Shown: in pieces, positions 40,728 through 49,843 of the stretch
Layout: every line of letters begins with the position of its first letter
Position numbering within the stretch: the first letter of the stretch is position 1
NCBI GenBank assembly: GCA_016191425.1
Contig: JACPOR010000006.1
Coordinates: forward strand, 9,711-73,710
Direction of reading: 5' to 3'
Source: Chloroflexota bacterium
GTDB taxonomy: Bacteria; Chloroflexota; Limnocylindria; Limnocylindrales; CSP1-4
DNA length: 64,000 bases
Notes under the pieces: generated by a model
The model's database searches: none
Told to the model about the DNA's origin: nothing
Seen by the model: only the letters and a program-made list of their open reading frames with translations
Made by a program: the position numbers and the translations under genes

Positions 40728-41414
40728 TCAGCCCGTCGGGGTAGCCTCGAGGTCGACGGCACCGATGAGCTGTTCGTGGAGCCGCGATGAGCACTCGTTC
40801 GGGCCGATTGCGATCACCTTATCGCCGACCCGAAGCGCCATGTCCGGGAGGAGTGGCTTGGCGATCCCGTCGCGCACGACGGCGAACAGCGAGCAGCCCT
40901 CCGGCATCGTGAGCTCACCGGCCGTTCGACCGATCGCGGGGGACCCATCCTGGAGGTGAGCCTCGATGATCTCGAGTTCTCCTTCTCCGAGGGCCGCCAG
41001 GTGGAGCAGTTCGTGGACGGGGATGTCCTGCTCGATCGAGCCGAGGATCATCCGGGTCGGGCTGATGATCTCGTCCACGCCGAGGTGCCGGAACAACTCC
41101 TCGTTCTTCGGGTTGTTCACGCGAGCGATCGTGCGAGGCACGTCGAAATGGTGCTTGGCCATCTGGCAGATCACCAGGTTGTCCTCGTCGTCGCCGGTCA
41201 CGGCGGCCACGATGTCCGCCCGGGCACATCCCGCTTCGCCGAGGTACTTGCCCTCGCAGCCATCGTGGGCGACCACGATCGAACCGATTTCGTCGGCGAT
41301 CTGGTCGGCACGAGCGCGGTCCTTCTCCATGAGGACCACTTCATGGCTGCTCTCGATGAGCTCCTTCGCGAGGTAATACCCCACCTTCCCGCCACCGACG
41401 ACGAGTACGAACAT
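40728..41414 (-). CDS. trkA: TrkA/KtrA-type K+ transport regulatory protein (TrkA-N + TrkA-C domains)
   Basis: 228 aa; N-terminal Rossmann VVGGGKVG, C-terminal TrkA-C domain. Confidence 0.8.
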   Translation of the reverse strand: MFVLVVGGGKVGYYLAKELIESSHEVVLMEKDRARADQIADEIGSIVVAHDGCEGKYLGEAGCARADIVAAVTGDDEDNLVICQMAKHHFDVPRTIARVNNPKNEELFRHLGVDEIISPTRMILGSIEQDIPVHELLHLAALGEGELEIIEAHLQDGSPAIGRTAGELTMPEGCSLFAVVRDGIAKPLLPDMALRVGDKVIAIGPNECSSRLHEQLIGAVDLEATPTG

Positions 41415-41417
41415 GGA

Positions 41418-41936
41418 TCAGGCCTCCTGTCGGGGCGCGTCGCCGGTGACAACCGCGGCGAGCGGAGCGTGGGTCGCGCCACCGTGGTGGGTTCCCGTCG
41501 GGGCGATGATGCTCGGCAACCCAAGGCTTCCGAGTCCCAGATACCCGCTGATTGCGTCCGCCTGCATGGTGGTCCGGCACAGCGCGGCGATGCCGAGATC
41601 GGCATAGGCGGCGGCGCGCACCGGATCGTTGATCTTGGCGATGACCCTGCCGATGCCGAGCTTCTCCGTCGCCACCTGCGCCGCCATGACGTTGCGGTTG
41701 TCCCCCTCCGTCAAGGCCAGGAAGATGTCCGCACCGGACGCTCCCGCGCGCCGCAGCGTGTCCTCATCGGTACCATCGCCGCGTACGGCGCTGCCTCGAA
41801 ACTCGGAGGGCAGTCGATCGAAGGCACGAGTGGAGAGGTCGAGCACCAGGACCTCGTGGCCGGCGGCGTCGTACGCCTCCGCAAGAACAGACCCGACACG
41901 ACCGGCCCCGACGATGACGATCTTCACGATGATTCC
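41418..41936 (-). CDS. TrkA-N (RCK N-terminal) domain protein
   Basis: Start at GTG (MKIVIVGAGRVG) with GAGGA SD; 172 aa Rossmann-type RCK domain only. Confidence 0.7.
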   Translation of the reverse strand, partial: GIIVKIVIVGAGRVGSVLAEAYDAAGHEVLVLDLSTRAFDRLPSEFRGSAVRGDGTDEDTLRRAGASGADIFLALTEGDNRNVMAAQVATEKLGIGRVIAKINDPVRAAAYADLGIAALCRTTMQADAISGYLGLGSLGLPSIIAPTGTHHGGATHAPLAAVVTGDAPRQEA

Positions 41937-42382
41937 TCGGTGATCGGCTCGCGCACCACCCAGACGGCGCACGGCGCATTCTTGAGAACATAGGGAATCG
42001 TTCGCCCGATGGCGAAATCGCCCCCGAAGCGCTTGCGGTACGGAAGGCTCAGGACCAGCAGGTCGGCAGCTCGCTCGATCGCCTCGTCGACCAGGGCTGC
42101 GCCGACTTCGCGGGCCTGGAGGAGGACCGGATCCAGGCGAACCTTCGACTGCTCGGCGGTAGCCTCCGCCTCGTCGAGGATCTGCTGCACTTGCTCGGAA
42201 CGTCCCGCGATGTCGGCGTCGAGTGGTTGGGACCAGGCTACCTCCACGACGTGGACCGCGACGATCTCGGCCCTGATCGGCCGGGCAAGCTCGGCGACGA
42301 GGTGGACGATTCGGGTATCGCTGGCGTTGCCGGCGAGTGCGATGACTGCACGGTTGAAGACTGGGTGTTGGTTCTCGGACAC
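41924..42382 (-). CDS. universal stress protein (UspA family)
   Basis: 152 aa, Usp fold features including C-terminal ATP-binding-like G-x2-G-x9-G(S/T) region (GRTIPYVLKNAPCAVWVV). Confidence 0.75.
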   Translation of the reverse strand: MSENQHPVFNRAVIALAGNASDTRIVHLVAELARPIRAEIVAVHVVEVAWSQPLDADIAGRSEQVQQILDEAEATAEQSKVRLDPVLLQAREVGAALVDEAIERAADLLVLSLPYRKRFGGDFAIGRTIPYVLKNAPCAVWVVREPITEESS

Positions 42383-42477
42383 CGGCCTGGTCGACCGCCT
42401 TGGCTGGTGCGGGGCTACGGGCCCGCTGGATCCGGGCCCACGGTCGGGCCTTGGCGGCCGTCACGATACACCGAGCG

Positions 42478-42575
42478 TCGCCGGGTCGCCCGCTCGCCGC
42501 GTCGGGCGGAACGCCGGGTCGCCCGCTCGCCGGGTCGCCGGGTCGCCGGGTCGCCGGGTCGCCGAACCCCGCTCT
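42478..42575. repeat. GC-rich tandem repeat (CGCCGGGTCGCCCGCTCGCCG x2 then CCGGGTCGC x4-5) in intergenic region upstream of uspA
   Basis: Seen directly. Confidence 0.8.
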
Positions 42576-42599
42576 CCGATTATCACGGATCGCCGAACG

Positions 42600-44672
42600 C
42601 TATCTGGCCGCCGCGTCGGGTGGACCGTCGGGTCGGCTGTGCTTGTCCCGGAAAGGCGAATCGAAGGCCTCCGGATCATCGCGTCGATACGGCACGTTCA
42701 CCACCACGGTGTGCGGTCGGCCGAGCAGGAGCCGTCGAAGGTGACGGGCGGACTGGTTGTACAGGAGCCGCTCCCACCAGCTCTTGGCGACGTACTCGGG
42801 GATGACCACGAACGTGACCGGTGAGGGGTGGTCCGGCGGCCAGGCCTGATCCAGAACGTCGAGATAGGCGATGAGCGGACCGGCAAGGGCGCGATAGGGA
42901 GACTCGATCACCACGAGCGGGATACCAGGGATCTGGCGCTCCCAATCGGCCCGGACCGCGTCGACTCGCGCGGGGTCGTCGAAGATGAAGACCGCTCGGA
43001 CATCACTGGCGACCGTCCGCGCAACATTGATGGCCTGGATCACGGCCCGGTCGATGCCCGGTACGGGCACGATGACCCGTTCCTCGCGGACCGGCGGTCC
43101 GGCCACGTAATCCGGACGAATGGCCAGCTCGCGCGCGCTCCGGGCGTACTGGCGATGGATGAACAGCATCATCGCCACGAGGGTCGGAATGAGAATGACC
43201 ACGAGCCAGGCGCCGTCGAGAAACTTCACGCTCGTGACGACGACGAGGACCACGAAGGTCAGGACCGCGCCGACGGCGTTGATCGACGCTCGCCAGACCC
43301 AACCCGCGGATCGCTCAGCCAGCCAATGGCGGACCATGCCGCCCTGCGAAAGCGTGAAGACCACGAAGACACCGACCGAATAGAGCGGGATGAGAGCATG
43401 CGTGTCGCCCTCGAACAGGGCGAGCAGAAGCGCCGCGATCGTCGCCAGCAGCACGATCCCCCACGAGAAGGCCAGCCGATCTCCACGGAAGCTGAACTGG
43501 CGAGGCATGTAGCCATCTTCCGCCAGGAGTGCGGCGAGGCGAGGAAAGGCATTGAAGCTGGTGTTCGCCGCCAGGAACAGGATCAGCGCGGTGGCGGACT
43601 GGAAGGCATAGAAGAGCGGTGAGCCGGCCCCGAAGATCACCGTCGCGACGAGAGCGACGACGGTCGGCCCGCCCTCTTCGCTCGGCAGGATCCCGAAGCC
43701 ATCCGCCACGACCGTCATCCCGAGGAACAGGACGCCGAGGAGGATGGCCATCGCGACCAAAGTGTTCGATGCGTTCCTTGACTCGGGCGGCTTGAAGGCC
43801 GGAACGCCGTTGGCGATCGCCTCCGTTCCCGTCAGCGCCACGGAACCGGAGGCAAAGGCCTTCAGGAGCAGGAAGAGACCGATATCGTGGGTGCCAAAGG
43901 CCACCGCGTCCCGCTGGACAACGTCGACGGCCGTGCCCGTGACGATCCGGAAGACTCCCATCGCCACCATGAGCAGGGCGAGCGCGAGGAACAGGTAGGT
44001 TGGGACGGCGAAGATATTGCCCGACTCGCGGAGGCCGCGGAGATTGGCCACGGTGATCAGGGCGATGGCGACGACCGCGATCTCGACCCGGATGTCGTAG
44101 AGGCCCGGAACCACCGAATAGGTCTGGGCGATTGCCGAAGCGGTCGAGACGGCCACGGTCATGACGTAGTCGATCAGGAGCGCAGCCGCGGCCACGAGCG
44201 AGGCCACGGCTCCGATGTTCTCCTTGGCCACAGCGTAGGCGCCGCCGCCATTGGGATACGCACGGCAGACCTGTCGATAGGAAAGCGCCACGACCGCAAG
44301 CAGGACGCTGATCCCGATGGCAATCGGGATCGACACGAGGATGGCCCCGGAGCCGGCCACGATAAGGACCCGCAGGATCTCTTCCGTTGCGTAGGCCGAC
44401 GATGAGATGGCGTCCGAGCTGAAGATCGCGAGCGCCTGCTTCTTCGGCAGGCGCTCGCCGGCCTCCTCCTCGAACGCCAGGGGCCGCCCGAACAGCAGGC
44501 TGCGAACGCGTGCGAAGAACCTCCCGCCGGGGGTCGTCGGGCCGCTTGCCGCGGCCTTGGCCACGAGCTGGCCCGGACCCGTGTAGCGGAAGTAGGGGGA
44601 GTGGGGGCGATTCACGCGAACACGCCGATCCGCGAGCTTGCGGCCGCGTACGGGCCGCTGACCTCCGGTCAT
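42600..44672 (-). CDS. APC-superfamily transporter with ~230-aa cytoplasmic C-terminal domain (amino-acid permease-like / possibly KimA-like)
   Basis: 690 aa; 12-TM APC-type core then soluble alpha/beta-looking C-domain; paralogous to the next gene. Confidence 0.75.
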   Translation of the reverse strand: MTGGQRPVRGRKLADRRVRVNRPHSPYFRYTGPGQLVAKAAASGPTTPGGRFFARVRSLLFGRPLAFEEEAGERLPKKQALAIFSSDAISSSAYATEEILRVLIVAGSGAILVSIPIAIGISVLLAVVALSYRQVCRAYPNGGGAYAVAKENIGAVASLVAAAALLIDYVMTVAVSTASAIAQTYSVVPGLYDIRVEIAVVAIALITVANLRGLRESGNIFAVPTYLFLALALLMVAMGVFRIVTGTAVDVVQRDAVAFGTHDIGLFLLLKAFASGSVALTGTEAIANGVPAFKPPESRNASNTLVAMAILLGVLFLGMTVVADGFGILPSEEGGPTVVALVATVIFGAGSPLFYAFQSATALILFLAANTSFNAFPRLAALLAEDGYMPRQFSFRGDRLAFSWGIVLLATIAALLLALFEGDTHALIPLYSVGVFVVFTLSQGGMVRHWLAERSAGWVWRASINAVGAVLTFVVLVVVTSVKFLDGAWLVVILIPTLVAMMLFIHRQYARSARELAIRPDYVAGPPVREERVIVPVPGIDRAVIQAINVARTVASDVRAVFIFDDPARVDAVRADWERQIPGIPLVVIESPYRALAGPLIAYLDVLDQAWPPDHPSPVTFVVIPEYVAKSWWERLLYNQSARHLRRLLLGRPHTVVVNVPYRRDDPEAFDSPFRDKHSRPDGPPDAAAR

Positions 44673-44714
44673 CCTGCTCCCTGCTCTGGCGCCGTCTCAG
44701 GCCGTCTCCGCCGG

Positions 44715-46724
44715 TCAGTGATCGCGGCGGTACGGGACGTCGGCGATGACGGTGTGTTCGCGGCCGACGATGGCGGCCTTCACGCTTCGTGCGGTCTGGT
44801 TATACAGCAGTCGGTCCCACCAGTGTTTCGCGACATACTCCGGAAGCACCACGATCGTCACCGGTACCTCGCGATCCGGCGGCCATGACTCCGCGAGCAC
44901 GTCGAGGTAGGCAACGAACGGCTCGGCGATCGCTCGGTAGGGTGACTCGACGATGACGAGCGGAACGCCGGGCAATTGTCGCTCCCAACGCCGCGCCATG
45001 GCCTCGGCTTCGCCGGGATCAACGGTCACATAGACCGCGCGAACATCGGTGGCGATCGTCCTCGCGAAGGTGACGGCCTGGACGACCGCACGATTGATGC
45101 CATTCACGGGGACGACGGCCCGCTGTTCGCGAAGCGGTCCGGCAAAGACCGTGTCCTCGCTCACGGACAGCTCTTCGGCCTGGCCTTCGTACTGGTGTCG
45201 AATCGACAGCATGAGCAGGACCAGCATCGGGATCAGGAACAGGACGATGAGCGAAGCCGGCGCCTTCGCTGCCGCGACGACAACGGCGACGATCCCGGTG
45301 AGGATGCAGCCAAAGGCATTGATGGCCAGTCGGCGCTGCCAGCCCGGTGGCCGTTCGCGGAGCCAGTGTCGGATCATGCCCGCCTGGCTGATCGTGAAGT
45401 CGATGAAGACTCCCACCGCGTAGAGCGGGATCAGCAGGTGCGTCTGGCCGTTGAAGACGACGATGAGGGCGGAGGCCACCAGGCCCAGGACGACGATCCC
45501 GTAGGAGAAGGCGAGACGATCGCCGCGAAGGGCGAACTGGCGGGGCATGTGGGAGTCGCCGGCAAGAATGGCGAGCAGTCGTGGGAACGCGTTTAAACTG
45601 GTGTTCGCGGCCAGGAACAGCAGCAGCGCGGTGAACGACTGGAACAGGAAGAACGGGATGGTTCCATCGCCATAGACGCGTCGCGCGACCTGGCTGATGA
45701 CAGTCTGCTGTTCCGGCATGGTCAGCTGGGTGATTCCGAATCTGACTGCCAGAAACGTGATCCCGATGAACAGGATTCCGAGCAGCACGGCCATGGCGCC
45801 GAGCGTCGTGGCTGCGTTCCGTGCCTCTGGCGGCTGGAACGCCGGGACTCCCGTGGCGATCGCCTCGGTCCCGGTCAACGCGACGGCCCCCGCCGCAAAG
45901 GCACGAAGGAGCAGCAGGATGCCGACCTGCTCCGGTAGCCGGCCGGCCTGTTCCGCGATGCCGGCCGAAAAGTCGCCGTGCTCGCCGCCGATGACGATTC
46001 GGAACGCCCCGATCGCGATCATGAGGAAGGCCGAGCCGATGAACAGGTACGTCGGGATCGCGAAGATGTTGCCGGCCTCCCGCAGCCCCCGGAGGTTGCC
46101 GATGGTGATCAGCGAGACGGCCACGATGCCGATGAGCACTCGCTGATCGATGAGCTCGGGCAGCGCCGAGGTGATCTGTTCGACGGCCGATGTTGTCGAG
46201 ACCGCCACGGTCATGACGTAGTCGATGAGGAGCGCCGAGGCCGCGATCAGCGAGGCATTTCGTCCGAAGTTCCGCTTGGACACCGAGTACGACCCACCAC
46301 CCGTCGGGTAGGCGATGCACACCTGGCGGTAACTGATCGCCACGGCGATGAGGAGCACCGAGATGGCAATCGCGACCTCGAGCCCCAGGGCGAGCGCGGC
46401 AACCCCGCCGAGGATCAGGACACGAAGGATCTCTTCCGTCGCGTACGCGGAGGATGAGATCGCGTCCGAGCTGAAGATCGCAAGGGCCTTCTTCTTGGAC
46501 AGGCGCTCGCCGATCTCCTCGTCGGATGCGAGTGGGCGGCCGAGCAGGATCCGTCGGACCGTCGCCATCGCTCGCCCGAAGCCCGTCGTCGGCGTGCTGG
46601 CCGCCGCCTTGGCGGTCATCATGCCCTTCCCGCTCCAGCGGAAATAGGCCGCGTGGGGGCGCTCGACGCGGATCCGTCGATCGCCGAGCTTGCGACCGCG
46701 AAGCGGCTGTCGTCCGCCGATCAT
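44715..46724 (-). CDS. APC-superfamily transporter paralog with cytoplasmic C-terminal domain
   Basis: 669 aa; clear collinear similarity to 42600..44672 (tandem duplicate). Confidence 0.75.
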   Translation of the reverse strand: MIGGRQPLRGRKLGDRRIRVERPHAAYFRWSGKGMMTAKAAASTPTTGFGRAMATVRRILLGRPLASDEEIGERLSKKKALAIFSSDAISSSAYATEEILRVLILGGVAALALGLEVAIAISVLLIAVAISYRQVCIAYPTGGGSYSVSKRNFGRNASLIAASALLIDYVMTVAVSTTSAVEQITSALPELIDQRVLIGIVAVSLITIGNLRGLREAGNIFAIPTYLFIGSAFLMIAIGAFRIVIGGEHGDFSAGIAEQAGRLPEQVGILLLLRAFAAGAVALTGTEAIATGVPAFQPPEARNAATTLGAMAVLLGILFIGITFLAVRFGITQLTMPEQQTVISQVARRVYGDGTIPFFLFQSFTALLLFLAANTSLNAFPRLLAILAGDSHMPRQFALRGDRLAFSYGIVVLGLVASALIVVFNGQTHLLIPLYAVGVFIDFTISQAGMIRHWLRERPPGWQRRLAINAFGCILTGIVAVVVAAAKAPASLIVLFLIPMLVLLMLSIRHQYEGQAEELSVSEDTVFAGPLREQRAVVPVNGINRAVVQAVTFARTIATDVRAVYVTVDPGEAEAMARRWERQLPGVPLVIVESPYRAIAEPFVAYLDVLAESWPPDREVPVTIVVLPEYVAKHWWDRLLYNQTARSVKAAIVGREHTVIADVPYRRDH

Positions 46725-46735
46725 CTCGCCGGGCG

Positions 46736-47458
46736 CTAGGAGCCGGAGTCCAGCCGTGCGACGAGAGTCGCCGGCAGGCCTGCCGATCGCATCGCCTCCT
46801 GGACCGCCTGGATGTCGTAGGAGACGCGGTGCCAGGAGATCGAATCCTTCTCTGTATCCAGTATCAGGAAGGCCGCCCGTGGATCGCCGTCACGCGGCTG
46901 ACCGACGCTCCCGGGGTTCACCAGCGCGCGACGCCCGCGCAGTTCCAGGATTGAACCGTCACCCGGGCCGACGACGTCAACGGAACCGTCCTCCTCGATC
47001 CAGGCCATGGGCACATGGGTGTGGCCGTGAAGGCCGATCCGGGTCCCGAGCGCGGCGAGGTTCGCCCGCGCCACAGGTACCGACGTGATGTACTCCCACA
47101 TCGGGTCGCGCGGGCTGCCGTGAACAAGCGAGCACTCGTCAAGGATCGCGGTCGGGGGCAACCCCGTGAGCCAGGCCCGGGTCGAGGGGGAAATCGAGTT
47201 TCGCGTCCACTCCATGGCTCGCCGTGCATCCGGATTGAACCAGTCAATCTCGGGGCCGCCGATGGCAGCCGCGTCGTGGTTACCTCGGACGCCCGTTACG
47301 CCGAGCTCCTGAAGGCGCGCGACCACCTGATCCGGGGCCGGTCCGTAGCCGACCACATCGCCAAGATGCCAGATGCCGTCAACCCCGCCCGCAGCCCGAA
47401 CGGACGCCTCGAGGGCGGGCATGTTCGCATGGATGTCTGAAAGCACCGCGACTCGCAT
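46736..47458 (-). CDS. metallophosphoesterase (YfcE/MJ0936-like)
   Basis: MRVAVLSDIHAN...GDVVGYGP...GNHD motifs. Confidence 0.75.
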   Translation of the reverse strand: MRVAVLSDIHANMPALEASVRAAGGVDGIWHLGDVVGYGPAPDQVVARLQELGVTGVRGNHDAAAIGGPEIDWFNPDARRAMEWTRNSISPSTRAWLTGLPPTAILDECSLVHGSPRDPMWEYITSVPVARANLAALGTRIGLHGHTHVPMAWIEEDGSVDVVGPGDGSILELRGRRALVNPGSVGQPRDGDPRAAFLILDTEKDSISWHRVSYDIQAVQEAMRSAGLPATLVARLDSGS

Positions 47459-47509
47459 GGTCTGCCAGCGTAGCAGGGGCGTTCCTCACCAGGGCCGTCG
47501 TGTGCGTGC

Positions 47510-48250
47510 TCACCATGGCCGTCGCTTTCGCCGGGCGGGATCACGCGGGTAGCCCTCCGGGGTCGGCGACCGCTTCTCGATCACCGCGACGCCATGGCCG
47601 GCGAGGTGGGCCGCGTCCTGGACGGCATCGGGGTGGGGCCTCCACCATGGCGGCGAACCGCCCATCGCCTGCGCGGCGCGGCCGGCCGCCGCCAGCTCGA
47701 CCGCGAGGTCACCCCGCTTCCACGCGATCAGCCGGCCGCCCCGGCGAAGGAGCGGGAGCCCAAGTTCGACGAGGTCGGCGAGGGCGCCGACCGCCCTCGC
47801 GGTGACCACGTCCCAGTCGCCCGGAGCGATGGCCTCGGCCCGCTCCGCCCGCACGTCGACGCGCCGAGCCAGGCCCGGTTCGGCCGCGACCACGCGCAGG
47901 AATGCCGCCTTCTTGCCAGTCGACTCGACGAGCGTCAGGCGCAAGCCGGGCATTGCCGCGCCGATCGGGATGCCGGGGAACCCGGCCCCGGACCCGATAT
48001 CGATGAGCGTGCGGTGAGGGCCATCGAGGATCACGGGAATCGCGGCGAGACTATCGGCCACGTGCCGTTCAGCGAGCCCCACCGGGTCCATGATCGCGGT
48101 GAGGTTCACGGCCGGATTCCAGGCGGCCAGGAGCCGAAGGTGTCCGTCGATCACCTGGCGTCCGCGGGGGTCGAGACGCACGCCGATGGTGGCGAGTCCG
48201 TCAAGCGCGACACCGAGGGCGGCGTGATACGCGAACGGGAGGTCGGGCAA
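47510..48250 (-). CDS. rsmG: 16S rRNA (guanine527-N7)-methyltransferase RsmG (GidB)
   Basis: SAM-MTase motif IGSGAGFPGIPIG and overall GidB-like sequence. Confidence 0.85.
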   Translation of the reverse strand: MPDLPFAYHAALGVALDGLATIGVRLDPRGRQVIDGHLRLLAAWNPAVNLTAIMDPVGLAERHVADSLAAIPVILDGPHRTLIDIGSGAGFPGIPIGAAMPGLRLTLVESTGKKAAFLRVVAAEPGLARRVDVRAERAEAIAPGDWDVVTARAVGALADLVELGLPLLRRGGRLIAWKRGDLAVELAAAGRAAQAMGGSPPWWRPHPDAVQDAAHLAGHGVAVIEKRSPTPEGYPRDPARRKRRPW

Positions 48251-48496
48251 TCCGTCGACGTTTGTCGGGAGCGGATCTCGATGGTCGTTCAGGCCTGTAT
48301 CCCCGGATCGGGGGTGACAGCCACCACGAGAGCCGCCCCCGGCGACGTCGTTCGTCTCGCAGCCTCGGCGCCGGTCTCGCGCCCTGCCGTCGGTTTCGTG
48401 GCCGGGTTTCCCCGGACCCCTGGTGCAGTGCGCTCCCCGTAGCCGAATTGGTGCGGATGCAGGACGCTACGAGTGCCGATGCGTGTCGTCAATCGG

Positions 48497-48542
48497 GTTA
48501 TCCACGAGGACGTACCGAATCCGCCGGGATCCGGTGGATAAC
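48497..48542. promoter_or_regulatory. pair of inverted DnaA-box-like 9-mers (GTTATCCAC ... GTGGATAAC, 28-nt spacer)
   Basis: Seen directly; each matches TTATCCACA at 8/9; lies in the 380-bp rsmG-csoR intergenic region. Confidence 0.3.
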
Positions 48543-48632
48543 TCGCGTCGTGGCTCGGCCCGGGGCCGCTTCGCCGTGAACCAGCCCCTCGAGGCCCCGT
48601 CATCCAGGTTGCCCGTGCGCGCGGCCCGAACC

Positions 48633-48986
48633 TCAGGCCTTCACGCCTCCGCGAACGGGACGACCGAGCGTCCGCCGGACGACATCGACGACCTCATCGA
48701 CGTAGCGATCCGCGTCACCCTGCTGTGCCGCGGTTCGAACGCATCCCTGTACATGGTCCTCCAGCACGAGGATGGCCAGGGAGTCCACGGCAGCCCGGAG
48801 CGCCGCCGTCTGCTGCAGGATGTCGACGCAGTATTCCTCGCGCTCGATCATGCGGGCGATCCCGCGGACCTGGCCCTCGATCCGGGCGAGCCGCCGCACG
48901 AGCTGGCTCTTGTCTTTCGAATAACTGTGGCGGAAGGTGTCACCGAGCGTCACGTGCCCGCCTGCCGCTTCCTTCGTGGGGGACAT
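48633..48986 (-). CDS. csoR: CsoR/RcnR-family metal-sensing transcriptional repressor
   Basis: 117 aa; LVRRLARIEGQVRGIARMIEREEYCVDILQQ...H..C matches the CsoR (DUF156) signature including Cys/His ligands. Confidence 0.8.
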   Translation of the reverse strand: MSPTKEAAGGHVTLGDTFRHSYSKDKSQLVRRLARIEGQVRGIARMIEREEYCVDILQQTAALRAAVDSLAILVLEDHVQGCVRTAAQQGDADRYVDEVVDVVRRTLGRPVRGGVKA

Positions 48987-49043
48987 CCGTCTCTCGTTCG
49001 CTCCATCTGGCCATGGTGCCGGGGGCAGGGCCGCGATCGCATG

Positions 49044-49060
49044 ATACCCCCTGGGGGTAT
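49044..49060. promoter_or_regulatory. perfect inverted repeat ATACCCCC-T-GGGGGTAT, CsoR-type operator ~57 bp upstream of csoR
   Basis: Seen directly; GC-tract palindromes of the form TACCC...GGGTA are the established recognition pattern for CsoR-family repressors. Confidence 0.6.
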
Positions 49061-49146
49061 CGTCGGCAAGGGAGTGTACTCATTCAGACGTCCATCAACG
49101 ATCCCGACAGAGGGCCCGAGCCCCGTCTACGCGCCGGGCTGGCCTA

Positions 49147-49210
49147 CGCACGCCGGGTCGGCTAAGCACGCCGGGTCGGCTAAGCACGCCGGGTCGGCTA
49201 AGCACGCCGC
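49147..49210. repeat. 18-bp tandem repeat GCTAAGCACGCCGGGTCG x3.3 in csoR divergent intergenic region
   Basis: Seen directly. Confidence 0.8.
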
Positions 49211-49489
49211 GTCGCGTATGCGACCGGGTCGTGAGCCCGACGATCGAGCCACCTCCGGTCTCGGGTCGCAGACTGGCGGGGCATGGAGGGTGTCGTTCTC
49301 TGCTCGGACGACGCCACTGGGAAGCAGCGGTGCTCCACCGCATGGTCTCGTGCACCGGGGCATATCCTCGTCCGCCCGCTGCCCAGCCCGCTGCCCAGCC
49401 CGCCGTCGGCCCGCCGTCCAGCCTCAGCCTCGGTGTCATGGACGTAGCGCGACCGGATCCCCGAGCCAGCGCGAGGTCGTCGTTGACGA

Positions 49490-49843
49490 GTGTGTCGGCT
49501 ACACTCCGGGTGGATGGATCCTCGCGACCACCTGCGCGCGCTCCCAGACGGGCTGGCCTGCACCGTCTGCAACGAGCCCGTCCCCGTCGACCGGATCCGC
49601 CTCCTGGCTCGTCGGGATGACCTTGTCTTCATCCAGGTCGAGTGCGAACGGTGCGGCAGCACCGCGCTCGAATTCCTTGCCGAAGCGGCTCCGGAAGGCG
49701 TGTCCGCCCCAGATCGCCCGGCGATCTCCACGGATGACGTCCTCGCCATGCACGAGTTTCTCGATACCTGGACGGGCGGCGTGGGAGCGTTGCTGGCCGC
49801 GCCCAGCGGCAAGTCTCGGGCGGATGAGAGTCGGAGCTCATGA
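49490..49843 (+). CDS. small Cys4 zinc-ribbon-like protein (hypothetical)
   Basis: CTVCNEP...CERCG arrangement; stop overlaps next gene start (ATGA at 49840). Confidence 0.4.
   Translation: MCRLHSGWMDPRDHLRALPDGLACTVCNEPVPVDRIRLLARRDDLVFIQVECERCGSTALEFLAEAAPEGVSAPDRPAISTDDVLAMHEFLDTWTGGVGALLAAPSGKSRADESRSS

Noticed and set aside
48250-48633. tRNA or other structured RNA in the 380-bp rsmG-csoR gap
   Set aside because: No tRNA-like T-arm or anticodon-arm signatures (GTTCGA-type) found by eye; only the DnaA-box-like pair is reported.
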